Below the pieces are notes generated by a model, which saw only the letters and a program-made list of their open reading frames with translations, made no database searches and was not told the DNA's origin. A stretch of 64,000 nucleotides of DNA from Syntrophorhabdaceae bacterium (GTDB lineage Bacteria; Desulfobacterota; Syntrophorhabdia; Syntrophorhabdales; Syntrophorhabdaceae), in the NCBI GenBank assembly GCA_963666485.2, contig CAXXUO010000002.1, positions 544,001-608,000 on the forward strand, given 5' to 3'. The position numbers and the translations under genes are program-made. Shown here one piece after another: positions 53,073-63,875 of this stretch. Numbering within the stretch: the stretch's first letter is position 1; every line of letters begins with the position of its first letter.

Positions 53073-54302
53073 TTACAGTATGGCTCCCTTGGGGATGACA
53101 ACAAGCCCCTCTTCCGTCACGTGGAACCGTTTCCGGTCTTTCTCGAGGTCATAGCCTATCTTCATCCCCTCGGGAACGCGAACGCCTTTGTCGATGATCG
53201 CCCTGCGCACTTTTGCGCGCATCCCGATGATGACGTTATGAAAAAGTATCGATTCGCTTACTTCGGCATAACTGTTGACGCGAACGCCCGGCGACAGGAC
53301 GGAGGCGTGTACCTTCCCGCCGCTGATGATAACGCCGCCGCAGATCACCGAATCGAGCGCCTTGCCGGCCCTGCCTGATCTTTCATCGGCAAAAACGGTC
53401 TTCGCGGGAGGATACTGCCCCTGGTACGTCCGGATCGGCCAGTCGGGGTCGTAGAGGTTGAACTCCGGGGTTACGGCCGCCAGGTCCATGTTGGCCTTCC
53501 AGTATGCATCGATGGTCCCTATATCTCTCCAGTATTTCTCTCCCTTCCCTTTGCCTGAACCGAATTTGTATATGTAAACGTTGTGGTTGGGATACATATA
53601 GGGGATAACGTCGTGCGCAAAGTCATGGAGGGAATCTTCACGGGCGGCATCTTTCGTGAGCATGTCGATGAGGACGTCGCGTCTGAAGACGTAGACGCCC
53701 ATAGAAACACAGGCGCGTCCGGGCTTGTCCGGCAGAGGCCGCGGGTCTTCGGGCTTTTCCTCGAAACCGGTGACCCGGCAATCTGCAGCCGCCTCGATGA
53801 CCCCGAAACGCGGGGCGTCCTCAAGGTCCACCTCGACTGAAGATATCGTCACGTCCGCCTTCTTCGCCTGGTGATACCGCACGAAGTGGCTGTAATCCAT
53901 TTTGTAGATGTGGTCGGCAGACAGGATGACCACGTTGTCCGCATCGACCTGCTTCAAGTGGTACAGGTTCTGGTAAACAGCATCGGCCGTCCCCCTGTAC
54001 CATTCTTCGCTCACCCTCATCTGCGGCGGCAGGTTCGAGACATATTCCCCGAGTTCCGGGTTCAATATGCTCCACGCGTCCCGGATATGCTCGATGAGAG
54101 AGTACGACTTGTATTGCGGCAGGACGAATATTTTTCTGATGCCCGAGTTAACGCAATTGCTTAACGTGAAATCGATGATGCGGTATTTTCCACCGAAGAC
54201 GACCGCCGGTTTCGCCCTGTCCCGTGTAAGCGGGTGAAGCCGCTCCCCGGCACCGCCGGCCAGGACGAACGCGACTGCCCTGTGCATGACCCTCGTTCTC
54301 AT
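53073..54302 (-). CDS. glgC: Glucose-1-phosphate adenylyltransferase
   Basis: LAGGAGERL.PLT..RAKPAV.FGGKYRIIDF, WYRGTADAV, DHIYKMDY and FEEKP motifs. Confidence 0.96.
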   Translation of the reverse strand: MRTRVMHRAVAFVLAGGAGERLHPLTRDRAKPAVVFGGKYRIIDFTLSNCVNSGIRKIFVLPQYKSYSLIEHIRDAWSILNPELGEYVSNLPPQMRVSEEWYRGTADAVYQNLYHLKQVDADNVVILSADHIYKMDYSHFVRYHQAKKADVTISSVEVDLEDAPRFGVIEAAADCRVTGFEEKPEDPRPLPDKPGRACVSMGVYVFRRDVLIDMLTKDAAREDSLHDFAHDVIPYMYPNHNVYIYKFGSGKGKGEKYWRDIGTIDAYWKANMDLAAVTPEFNLYDPDWPIRTYQGQYPPAKTVFADERSGRAGKALDSVICGGVIISGGKVHASVLSPGVRVNSYAEVSESILFHNVIIGMRAKVRRAIIDKGVRVPEGMKIGYDLEKDRKRFHVTEEGLVVIPKGAIL

Positions 54303-54338
54303 GATCTCATATTATTATGCTGGGCCGACTATGTTTAT

Positions 54339-55046
54339 TCAATGAAAATCGGGCTGGGGGCCCTGCTTGCCTTTGCCCGCCACGATGAATGCGTATTCTC
54401 CGAGCTTCTCGTCTGCGGCCATGAGGTCAATGACCTCCCGCACGCTCCCCCGGTATGTCCTTTCGTAGAGTTTGGTCATTTCCTTGATAACAACTATCTT
54501 GCGGTCGCCCAGTATGTCGAGGACAAAACCAAGTGTTTCCTCGATCCTTCGCGGCGATTCGTAAAATACTATCGGATAGGGGAACTCACAGAGCTCCTGC
54601 AGCGTTTTCTTCCGTTTCCCTTTTTTGAGAGGAAGAAAGCCGTAAAAAAGGAACCGGTCTGCGAAAAGGCCGGAGACCGAAACAAGCGACGCGACGGCGC
54701 TTGGTCCCGGGACCGGGCACACGTCGATACCCGCTTCGACACACCGGTTTACCAGGATGTTCCCCGGGTCCGAGATGCACGGCGTTCCCGCGCTCGTAAT
54801 GAGGGCGATATTCTTTCCGGCCTTCAGGCCCTTTATGAGCGATGCGGAGCGCCGGTCTTCATTATAGCTGCTGACGGTGACGATCGTCTTCTTTATACCG
54901 TAGTGACCGAAGAGCTTCATGGCACGAGAGGTGCTCTCCGCAACGACAATGTCGGCCTCTTTCAAGACCTCCACCGCCCGGAAAGTGATGTCCCCCAGGT
55001 TGCCGATCGGCGTCGCGACCACGTAGAGAATGCCTTCTGAACTCAT
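54339..55046 (-). CDS. rsmI: 16S rRNA (cytidine1402-2'-O)-methyltransferase
   Basis: LYVVATPIGNLGDIT.RA, AGTPCISDPG, FYESPRR and EMTKLYE motifs. Confidence 0.92.
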   Translation of the reverse strand: MSSEGILYVVATPIGNLGDITFRAVEVLKEADIVVAESTSRAMKLFGHYGIKKTIVTVSSYNEDRRSASLIKGLKAGKNIALITSAGTPCISDPGNILVNRCVEAGIDVCPVPGPSAVASLVSVSGLFADRFLFYGFLPLKKGKRKKTLQELCEFPYPIVFYESPRRIEETLGFVLDILGDRKIVVIKEMTKLYERTYRGSVREVIDLMAADEKLGEYAFIVAGKGKQGPQPDFH

Positions 55047-55111
55047 GCGTATCAAGCATAGTACAGTCCAAAAATCTTGACAAGGGGAAAAAAGTTTAAG
55101 AAAATAAAATC

Positions 55112-55686
55112 ATGACCCTACGCGGAGCATTGATAATAGCTTTGTGCCTGGTGCCCCTCGCCGGATATCCCGCCATATATACATACGTAGATAAAGATGG
55201 GATATCGCATTTTACAAATATTCTGCCCGTAGGAAAAAAATTTCGTGTCGTGATTTCCGATCGGATCAAGTATGTCGTATCGAGGGTTTTTAACAACACG
55301 ACCTACGACGTGATGATCGAGCGCCATGCTCAGTTCCACGGGATAGACCCGAATCTTATCAAAGCGGTCATGAAGGCGGAGTCCAATTTCAACCCGAATG
55401 CCATGTCGCATAAAGGCGCCCAGGGGCTCATGCAGCTCATGCCGGACACGGCCCGGCTCATGAAGGTCGACAATCCCTGGGACCCTGACGAAAATATACG
55501 CGGCGGAACGAAATACCTGAAGTACCTTGACGAAACATTCGGCGGAAACCTCGATCTCATGCTGGCAGCGTACAACGCAGGGCCCGGGCGCGTAAAAGAA
55601 CACAACATGAGCATCCCGCCCTATGAAGAGACCCGGACGTATGTCCAGCGGGTTAAATCGTACTACCATTCGTTCAAGAAGAATTG

Positions 55687-55687
<1 letters not shown>
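55112..55687 (+). CDS. Lytic transglycosylase (SLT domain) with a DUF4124-like N-terminus
   Basis: IYTYVDKDG.SHFTN; AESNFNP; GAQGLMQLMP; AAYNAG; ETRTYV. Confidence 0.9.
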
Positions 55688-57430
<1,743 letters not shown>

Positions 57431-57442
57431 AGAAGAAATCAG

Positions 57443-57465
57443 TTGACATCGAACACAGTTGCTTG
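57443..57465 (+). promoter_or_regulatory. -35 half of the IS circle-junction promoter (the -10 TATGAT is at 56285-56290)
   Basis: TTGACA-TCGAACACAGTTGCTTG(17 nt)-TATGAT after joining the right end to the left end. Confidence 0.85.
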
Positions 57466-57493
57466 GATCCCGGTGTCAAGCACCGGGATGACG
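57465..57493 (-). repeat. CGTC-type REP palindrome (subfamily B), the IS110 target
   Basis: GGATCCCGGTGTCAAGCACCGGGATGACG, identical to the copies at 32361 and 42476. Confidence 0.9.
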
Positions 57494-57533
57494 GACTGTA
57501 CGGGAAGAGGTTGGCTTCTACAGTGCTAGTTAC

Positions 57534-57623
57534 CGCCTTACGCCGTTCGCCCTTCGCTGTTCGCCGTTCGCCGTTCGCCGTTAGCCGTTAGCCGTACGCC
57601 GTTAGCCGTTAGCCGTTAGCCGT
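57534..57623. repeat. Heptamer tandem array (MGCCGTT)x~13
   Basis: CGCCTTA CGCCGTT CGCCCTT CGCTGTT CGCCGTT ... AGCCGTT, running into the kamA stop codon. Confidence 0.9.
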
Positions 57624-58812
57624 TCCTTTTACAAATCCCGCACCGCATACAAACACTTTCTTCTGCATTGTCGTTGTAGTATCCGATTTTTCCGTCCGGG
57701 CTTGTCAGTTTCACCATTGTCGTTTTTTCGAGGAATTGAACGTGCTCCGGATCGACCGGGATTTTACCGAGCCCTCCGGGGATATCGAGTGCGTACCGGG
57801 GAATGGCGAGCCCTGATGCATGAAGGCGCAGGAATGCCATGATATCGCGGCCGCGGCTTAAGCCTACCTTGAAATGGGACGCGCCGACGACATCGTCGAG
57901 CTGAAACAGGTAATACGGCTTGATGCCCGCTTCGACAAGGGATTCAAAAAGGTCGAGAAGCACGTGGGGACAATCGTTCACGTTCCTGAGAAGCACGGTC
58001 TGGCTTACAATGGATGCGCCGGCCTTCCGGAGGCTTCCGATCTTTTTCAGGAACCGGGGGGTAACCTCTTTCGGATGATTTACGTGGATCACCAACCATA
58101 TCGGCGAGGCGTCCCTGATCGCTTTAAGGTGGCCGGCGGTGAGCCCATCCGGATGGACGACGGGAAGCCGGGTACTGAGCCGGATGGTCAGTCTCTTTTT
58201 CATCGAGCGCAGCCGGCCAAGTATCGCGCGGAGTTTTTCCGCCTCCAGCATCAGGGGGTCGCCGCCCGATAAAATGACCTCCCGTATGTCCGGATCATGT
58301 TCGATGACGGCGAGGGATTCCTCGATAAAAGGGTCCGGATCTATGGCCTTTCCGGCAAAGCGCCTCCGATTGCAGAACCGGCAGTACATGGCACATTCGG
58401 AGCTCACCAGGAAAACGCACCGGTCAGGATGCCTCTTTATAAGGATCGGTGTCACGGAGTACAGGGCTTCGCCGAGGGGATCGTCTTCGCCCGACCTCTC
58501 GGCCTCCTTCGAGGACGGTATCGCCTGCGCCCTGATCGGGCAAAAAGGGTCTTTAAAATCAATTAGGTTGAGATAATAACGGGAGATCCTGACGTTGTGG
58601 CTGATCGGGATGCCTTCCAGTGTCCGGATCGCCGGCTGGAGTTCGGGGATTGTATCTAGTTCTCTGAGGGAGAAAAGAAAAGGGAGGGTATGTGAAATAC
58701 CCTCCTCCTCGCTTTTCTTGTCTTTTTTACTGGAGCGCCAGAAAATGTGCTCTTCTGTTTTTCGCCCAGGCTGCTTCGTTGTGACCCGGATCAACCGGTT
58801 TCTCTTTGCCAT
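57616..58812 (-). CDS. KamA/EpmB-family radical SAM aminomutase (start uncertain)
   Basis: ISRYYLNLI, CPIRAQAIP, DPLGE, CAMYCRFCNR, VILSGGDPL, HVNHPKE and KPYYLFQLD motifs. Confidence 0.85.
   Translation of the reverse strand: MAKRNRLIRVTTKQPGRKTEEHIFWRSSKKDKKSEEEGISHTLPFLFSLRELDTIPELQPAIRTLEGIPISHNVRISRYYLNLIDFKDPFCPIRAQAIPSSKEAERSGEDDPLGEALYSVTPILIKRHPDRCVFLVSSECAMYCRFCNRRRFAGKAIDPDPFIEESLAVIEHDPDIREVILSGGDPLMLEAEKLRAILGRLRSMKKRLTIRLSTRLPVVHPDGLTAGHLKAIRDASPIWLVIHVNHPKEVTPRFLKKIGSLRKAGASIVSQTVLLRNVNDCPHVLLDLFESLVEAGIKPYYLFQLDDVVGASHFKVGLSRGRDIMAFLRLHASGLAIPRYALDIPGGLGKIPVDPEHVQFLEKTTMVKLTSPDGKIGYYNDNAEESVCMRCGICKRNG
58672..58706 (-). terminator. Intrinsic terminator after pal
   Basis: GGAGGGTA-TTTCACA-TACCCTCC followed by CTTTTCTTTT. 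Confidence 0.7.
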
Positions 58813-59230
58813 AGCTTACGGTTTCGAGAAGCCTTGAATCTGCGCCGAGATTTACGAGGAAATTCTTTGCAGAGTCAGCCCTCTTCTGTCCGAGGACAAG
58901 GTTGTACTCCACTGTGCCTCTTTCGTCACAATGGCCTTCGACCCTGACTTTTTTGCCCTTGTTTTCCGGAGCGGCTAACCATTTCATGTTATCTTTCAAA
59001 ATGGCTGCATCTGCATCCCTGATGGCATACTTGTCGAAATCGAAGTTGATGTCCTTCATCGGTGCTGCCATGGGGACTTCAACCTTCTGTTCCGGCGGTG
59101 CAACCTTGGCAGGTTCCGCGGCGGGAGGCGGGGTCTCACCTTTCATCTGCTGCCAGAAACAACCACAACCACCAAGTGAAATACCTATGAGGGCAACGAG
59201 TAAAATAAGAGACAATGATTTTATTTTCAT
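58727..59230 (-). CDS. pal: Peptidoglycan-associated lipoprotein (OmpA C-like domain)
   Basis: Lipobox LGGC; INFDFDK, EGHCDERG..EYN..LG..RA, SYGKEKP and NRRA motifs. Confidence 0.93.
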   Translation of the reverse strand: MKIKSLSLILLVALIGISLGGCGCFWQQMKGETPPPAAEPAKVAPPEQKVEVPMAAPMKDINFDFDKYAIRDADAAILKDNMKWLAAPENKGKKVRVEGHCDERGTVEYNLVLGQKRADSAKNFLVNLGADSRLLETVSYGKEKPVDPGHNEAAWAKNRRAHFLALQ

Positions 59231-59247
59231 GTTCCACCCCTTCCTTC

Positions 59248-59291
59248 AAAAATTAGAGGGTATACCCAATTCTTTCACCGGATATACCCTC
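59248..59291 (-). terminator. Probable terminator/attenuator between the small lipoprotein gene and pal
   Basis: GAGGGTATA...TATACCCTC followed by TAATTTTT. Confidence 0.55.
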
Positions 59292-59301
59292 GCATGCAAC
59301 A

Positions 59302-59520
59302 TTACTTTTTCTCCGGTGCCGGCTTCTCTGCTGCCGGTTTCTCTGCTGCGGGTTTCTCTGCTGCTGCCGGCTCTGCCTTCTTTTCCTCTGCAGGCGGCGT
59401 CGGTTTTGCCTCTTCCTTCGGTGGTGCCGGTTTCGGAGGTTCCGCTGACGGACCACATCCGATCAGTGAAAAACCTGCAAAAAATGCGATAGCTATCATT
59501 AATGCGACGAGCTTCTTCAT
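59302..59520 (-). CDS. Small Pro/Ala/Glu/Lys-rich lipoprotein
   Basis: SD AGGAGGTG; MKK, hydrophobic core and LIGC lipobox; AEKPA repeats. Confidence 0.8.
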   Translation of the reverse strand: MKKLVALMIAIAFFAGFSLIGCGPSAEPPKPAPPKEEAKPTPPAEEKKAEPAAAEKPAAEKPAAEKPAPEKK

Positions 59521-59593
59521 CAATTTTCACCTCCTTTCTAATTGATCTTTACCTATATTGAATACATATATACTATCAATGGTAATATGTAAA

Positions 59594-60517
59594 TTAAAAT
59601 TTTTCAATAATTACTTCTTCCTTGATAGTATTTATGTCGTTTTTGGAACCGATCGTACCCGATACGCCCATAGTAGTGGCTGTTCCGCAGGCGACCCCTA
59701 TTTTGAGGGATTCCTCAAAAGAACCGCTCTGCGTCAGCGCGGAAATAAAACCTCCCAAAAGCGAATCCCCGGCACCCGATGAGTTGCGCCGGTCAACCCG
59801 GGGCGGCTTTGCGTAATAATTTCCGTTTTTCGAAAAACCGACAGCGCCCCGTGCACCCAGGGACACAATAATATATTCGACATTATCCTGGAATGGTTTA
59901 ACAATTTCTTTAATTTCTTCCGGGCGGTCAACCTTCGCACCTGCAAGCCTGTTAAGCTCGAATATGTTCGGCTTGATCATATAAGGGCCTGCCTCGACAC
60001 CCAGTTTCAGCGGCTCGCGGTCCGAATCAAAAAAAACCTTGATGTCCCTTTTCTTCAGCCGCCTGATCAGATCGGCAAAAAAATCATCCCGCATGCCGCC
60101 CGGGACAAGCCCGCTTAAGACGACCGAGCTGCCGCCGGGTATCGCATCTATCTTTGCACAAAAAGAATCTATCTCTGATTGGTCGGGAACAGGCTGTGCA
60201 GTGTATAGCAACGTTTTTATCTTCTTTTTTTGCTGAAATATGGTCAGGCCCGTCCGGGTTTCACTCCTGGTCCGCGTAAAATCCGTTTTGATACCCTCTG
60301 CGGCAAGAAGATCGGTCAATTCCAATCCGGTATATCCCCCCGCAAAACCAAGCGCTACCGTCTCGCCGCCCAATTCCCTTATGATCCGCGAAACGTCGAT
60401 GCCCTTGCCGGCAGGCCTTCTGAGGTCCTCAGTGATGTGATTGATGTCATCGTACACCAGTTCTTCTACCCGGACGACTCTGTCAAGCATCGGATCTAAA
60501 GTGACGGTGTATATCAT
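59594..60517 (-). CDS. 1-phosphofructokinase-family (PfkB) hexose kinase
   Basis: IYTVTLDP.LD, GKGIDVS, IKPN..EL, SLGARGA and GAGDS motifs. Confidence 0.9.
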   Translation of the reverse strand: MIYTVTLDPMLDRVVRVEELVYDDINHITEDLRRPAGKGIDVSRIIRELGGETVALGFAGGYTGLELTDLLAAEGIKTDFTRTRSETRTGLTIFQQKKKIKTLLYTAQPVPDQSEIDSFCAKIDAIPGGSSVVLSGLVPGGMRDDFFADLIRRLKKRDIKVFFDSDREPLKLGVEAGPYMIKPNIFELNRLAGAKVDRPEEIKEIVKPFQDNVEYIIVSLGARGAVGFSKNGNYYAKPPRVDRRNSSGAGDSLLGGFISALTQSGSFEESLKIGVACGTATTMGVSGTIGSKNDINTIKEEVIIEKF

Positions 60518-60605
60518 TGATAGTAAAAATTATTGTAGTACTTACAGGAAAAAATCGCTACAAAAATTTTAATTTTTTGTCTGTGAGGGCTTGAGAGGCT
60601 TGAGT

Positions 60606-61868
60606 TTACCCGGCCAGGCGTCTTTTGAGGGTTTCGATGATCGCATTTATATCGAGAGGCAGTTCTTCCTGGGATTTTCCCGCCATGTCCCGCAAGGTGA
60701 TGGCCCCTCTGTCTATCTCGTCATCACCGAGAATAAGGACAAAGTCGCACCTGAGGTTGTCCGCATACCGCATCTGCGCCTTGAGCGATTTTGCCTCGTA
60801 CGCATACCGGAGCGGAATATCTTCAGCCAGGCATTTTTTGAGTATCGACGTCAGGTAGTCCCGTGCCCGTTCTCCGATGCCGGCGAAGAAGCACTCCTTG
60901 CCGGGCTTATGCCCTTCCGGCGGCAGGAGCATCGCGAGCCTTTCGACACCCACCGCAAAACCGATCCCGGCTGTCGCCGGCCCGCCCATTTCCTCGACGA
61001 GGTTGTCGTACCGGCCGCCCGCTATGAACGCCTTCTGGGCGCCAAGGTCGTCTGATGTGACCTCGAAAACGGTTTTCGTGTAATAGTCGAGGCCCCGGAC
61101 GAGGCGCTTATTGATCTCGACATCGATGCCGAAACTCGCCACGTGCTTCTGGAACAGGTCGAAATGGTCCTTGCATTCATCGCACAGCGAATCGAAGAGA
61201 AGAGGCGATGAGGCCGTCACCTGGATGCATTGCTGCACCTTGCAGTCGAATATCCGCAGCGGGTTCTTCTCGAGCCTTCTCAAGCAATCCCCGCACAGCT
61301 CACCTTTCCTGCTCTCGAAAAAATCGATCAGTATCTTCCGAAAGGATTCCCGGCACTTCGGACACCCGACGCTGTTCACCTCTATGTGGTACCGGTGAAC
61401 ATCGAGTTCGTCAAGGAACATCCGGATCATAAATATCAGCTCGGCATCGACCAGGGGCTCTTTGACGCCGAACACCTCGACATCGATCTGGTGAAATTCG
61501 CGGTACCTGCCTTTCTGGGGCCGCTCGTGGCGGAACATGGGGCCTATCGTACAGACCTTCGTCAGCCTCTCGGTCGCGTAGAGGCCTTCCTGCAGGTATG
61601 ACCTGACCATCCCCGCCGTTGCTTCCGGCCTCATGGACAGGGAATCACCACCGGCATCTACGAATGTGAACATCTCTTTCTCAACGATATCCGTCGTATC
61701 GCCTATGCTCCGCACGAATAATTCTGTCTTTTCCAGGATGGGGAGCTCGATCTCCCGGTAACCGAGCCGCGTGCTGTATTTCCGGAAAGCCTGCTCTATC
61801 GTTTTAAATTTCTCGAGCTCTTCGCCCAGGATATCGCGAAAGCCGCGCAGTGTTCTGATCTTCTCCAT
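60606..61868 (-). CDS. hisS: Histidine--tRNA ligase
   Basis: RPEATA, FRHERPQKGRYREFHQ, LVRGLDYY, GGRYD and GFAVGVERL motifs. Confidence 0.97.
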   Translation of the reverse strand: MEKIRTLRGFRDILGEELEKFKTIEQAFRKYSTRLGYREIELPILEKTELFVRSIGDTTDIVEKEMFTFVDAGGDSLSMRPEATAGMVRSYLQEGLYATERLTKVCTIGPMFRHERPQKGRYREFHQIDVEVFGVKEPLVDAELIFMIRMFLDELDVHRYHIEVNSVGCPKCRESFRKILIDFFESRKGELCGDCLRRLEKNPLRIFDCKVQQCIQVTASSPLLFDSLCDECKDHFDLFQKHVASFGIDVEINKRLVRGLDYYTKTVFEVTSDDLGAQKAFIAGGRYDNLVEEMGGPATAGIGFAVGVERLAMLLPPEGHKPGKECFFAGIGERARDYLTSILKKCLAEDIPLRYAYEAKSLKAQMRYADNLRCDFVLILGDDEIDRGAITLRDMAGKSQEELPLDINAIIETLKRRLAG

Positions 61869-61950
61869 TATCGCTCCGGCATCGGGTATTCCGACTTCAT
61901 TTAGGTATCATAAAATAAAGAAGAAATGGAAGTGAATTTTCCTGCCACCC

Positions 61951-62154
61951 CCGCCGTCATTCCCAACCACTCCCCGTCATTCCCAACCACTCGCCGTCAT
62001 TCCCAACCACTCGCCGTCATTCCCAACCACTCGCCGTCATTCCCAACCTCCCGCCCGTCGGCATCCCCAACCTCCCGCCCGTCATTCCCAACCACTCGCC
62101 GTCATTCCCAACCACTCGCCGTCATTCCGGCGAAGGCCGGAATCCAGTGTCTTT
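61951..62154 (+). repeat. Tandem array of ~8 20-bp half-REP units ending in a complete REP
   Basis: CGTCATTCCCAACCACTCGC units at 61955, 61975, 61995, 62015, 62035, (62056 degenerate), 62080 and 62100; full CGTCATTCCGGCGAAGGCCGGAATCCAGTGTCTTT at 62120. Confidence 0.9.
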
Positions 62155-62255
62155 AATTTCTTCCTTTCGTTATGACAATAGATTTGATATCTTCATCTAG
62201 TTCAGTGCCTGAAGAATTTTGTCTGGATCTTTCACCTGGCCTGTTAGAGGGCAAT

Positions 62256-62302
62256 AAAGACACTGGATTCCGGCACCCAGAGGGTACCCGGCCGGAATGA
62301 CG
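62256..62302 (-). repeat. CGTC-type REP (subfamily A), inverted partner of the 62120 copy
   Basis: AAAGACACTGGATTCCGGC...GCCGGAATGACG. Confidence 0.8.
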
Positions 62303-62335
62303 GGTTGAGAGATTCTCGTTTGTAATGGGACCAGT

Positions 62336-62731
62336 ATGACCGAAGAATACAGCAAGCTGATCACCGACCATTTTGAGAACCCGCGCAATTGCGGGACCAT
62401 GGAAGGCCCTGACGGCGTCGGGCGCGTCGGCGACCCTGACCAGGGGGATTACCTCACGGTGTTTATCAGGGTCGAGGACACGGTCATTAAAGACGTTAAA
62501 TACCAGACACGGGGCTGCCCCGTATGTGTCGCATGCGCAAGCATGATGACCGGGCTTGCCATCGGGTCGAACCTCGACGACGCCATGACGATCGAGGGCG
62601 AGGATATCTCGTCTGCCTTCGGGGGTTTGCCGGAAGATAAGATGCACTGCGCGAACCGTGCGGCAAAAGGTATCCAGGAAGCCGTTATCTCGCACGTCTA
62701 CGGCCGGGCGGGTGTTTCTTCAAAAAGCTGA
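62336..62731 (+). CDS. IscU/NifU N-terminal-domain Fe-S scaffold-like protein (variant Cys pattern)
   Basis: YS..I.DHFENPRN.G, GC...A.ASM and GGLPEDKMHC motifs. Confidence 0.85.
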   Translation: MTEEYSKLITDHFENPRNCGTMEGPDGVGRVGDPDQGDYLTVFIRVEDTVIKDVKYQTRGCPVCVACASMMTGLAIGSNLDDAMTIEGEDISSAFGGLPEDKMHCANRAAKGIQEAVISHVYGRAGVSSKS

Positions 62732-63765
62732 CATATTTTCTCACGGGCAGCGGCGAGGAGCGTATTCTTCAGCGTATCGTCCGCCGGGTCGCTGGCTTGC
62801 AGTTCCTCATTCCCGTACACATCCCCCAAAATGATAAGCGCTTCGACGGCCGCCTGATTAAGGTCCGCCATAGACTTTCCGGCAAACCATCTTTCATCGA
62901 GCATGCCGAGGTGACTGAGCACCATGAAAACGAATCCCGTCATGCACAGGAACGACGCACATGAGTCGAGGCTTGGCTCGCCCCCTGCGTCGTAGATGGC
63001 ACACCGGCCGCTCTCCAGAAAACAGCAGGGGTGTGCTGTGCCGTCTATCCACATGAGCGACAGGTAATGGCGCCCTTTCGGAATATCGCGGGCAAGGCCC
63101 TCCCCGAGTTCCTGTTCTTTCCGGCGGGGAAAGATGACCGAGGCCGCGCCTTCATAACGTATAATATCGTGCGGCGAAAAAAGACTGTCCGTATTTTCGG
63201 CCCCGGCTACGGGGAAGGCACCCAGGAGGTCCTTTTCGTTGAGCCCTTTTTCCCTGAAATACTCCCGGAGCGCGCTGAGCTTCCACGCCCCTATCGTCAC
63301 CCCGTGGAGAAACATCCTCTCCTTGAAATGGCAACAGTACGCGGGGCACGACCTTACAGGGCAGGAGGGTTTATCAAATACGCCCTCAAACGCCTCGTTG
63401 AGTACGGAGACCGCCCGGCTGATGGTATTCATGCGTGCGTAGTTGGGATCGATCACTATCGCCCTCGCGAGATCGTCCCTGGCGAGGTCCTCCCTGCCGA
63501 GTTCCGTAAGGAGCCGTGAGCGCTCGTAGTAATAATCGGGTATGCCGGGGGCCATCTTGATTGCCCGGGATATAGCCCCGACCGCGCCCGCGGTGTCTCC
63601 CGCCATCCCGAGGGCACGCGAGAGCCCGGACCAGGCATGCGGGGTATCGCCGACATCGATCGCCTTTTGAAAATAGACGATCCCCTCCTCCAGGTCTCCC
63701 TCGTCGACCAGGCGCTCCGCCATGCTGTGAAGATATTTTTCGAGCAGCTTGTCAGGATCGGTCAT
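62698..63765 (-). CDS. TPR protein with a C-terminal Cys-cluster (CxxCxxCC/YkgJ-like) domain
   Basis: Three TPR-like repeats, then CPVRSCPAYCC...CCFLESGRCAIY...CASFLC. Confidence 0.7.
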   Translation of the reverse strand: MTDPDKLLEKYLHSMAERLVDEGDLEEGIVYFQKAIDVGDTPHAWSGLSRALGMAGDTAGAVGAISRAIKMAPGIPDYYYERSRLLTELGREDLARDDLARAIVIDPNYARMNTISRAVSVLNEAFEGVFDKPSCPVRSCPAYCCHFKERMFLHGVTIGAWKLSALREYFREKGLNEKDLLGAFPVAGAENTDSLFSPHDIIRYEGAASVIFPRRKEQELGEGLARDIPKGRHYLSLMWIDGTAHPCCFLESGRCAIYDAGGEPSLDSCASFLCMTGFVFMVLSHLGMLDERWFAGKSMADLNQAAVEALIILGDVYGNEELQASDPADDTLKNTLLAAAREKICQLFEETPARP

Positions 63766-63875
63766 ATCATCTCCGGGTATCGCCTTATGGTACCACGCTT
63801 CAGATGCGAGTGCCAGTGCCACCCCGGGGGAAATCTATTGAAAATTGCCGACCGGTCATTTTAGAATGACTCCGT

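Noticed and set aside
61951..62154. CRISPR array
   Set aside because: The units are contiguous 20-mers with no unique spacers, there are no cas genes, and the unit is a REP half.
62425..62450. Selenocysteine replacing the missing IscU Cys
   Set aside because: The in-frame codon is CAG (Gln); the nearby TGA is out of frame.
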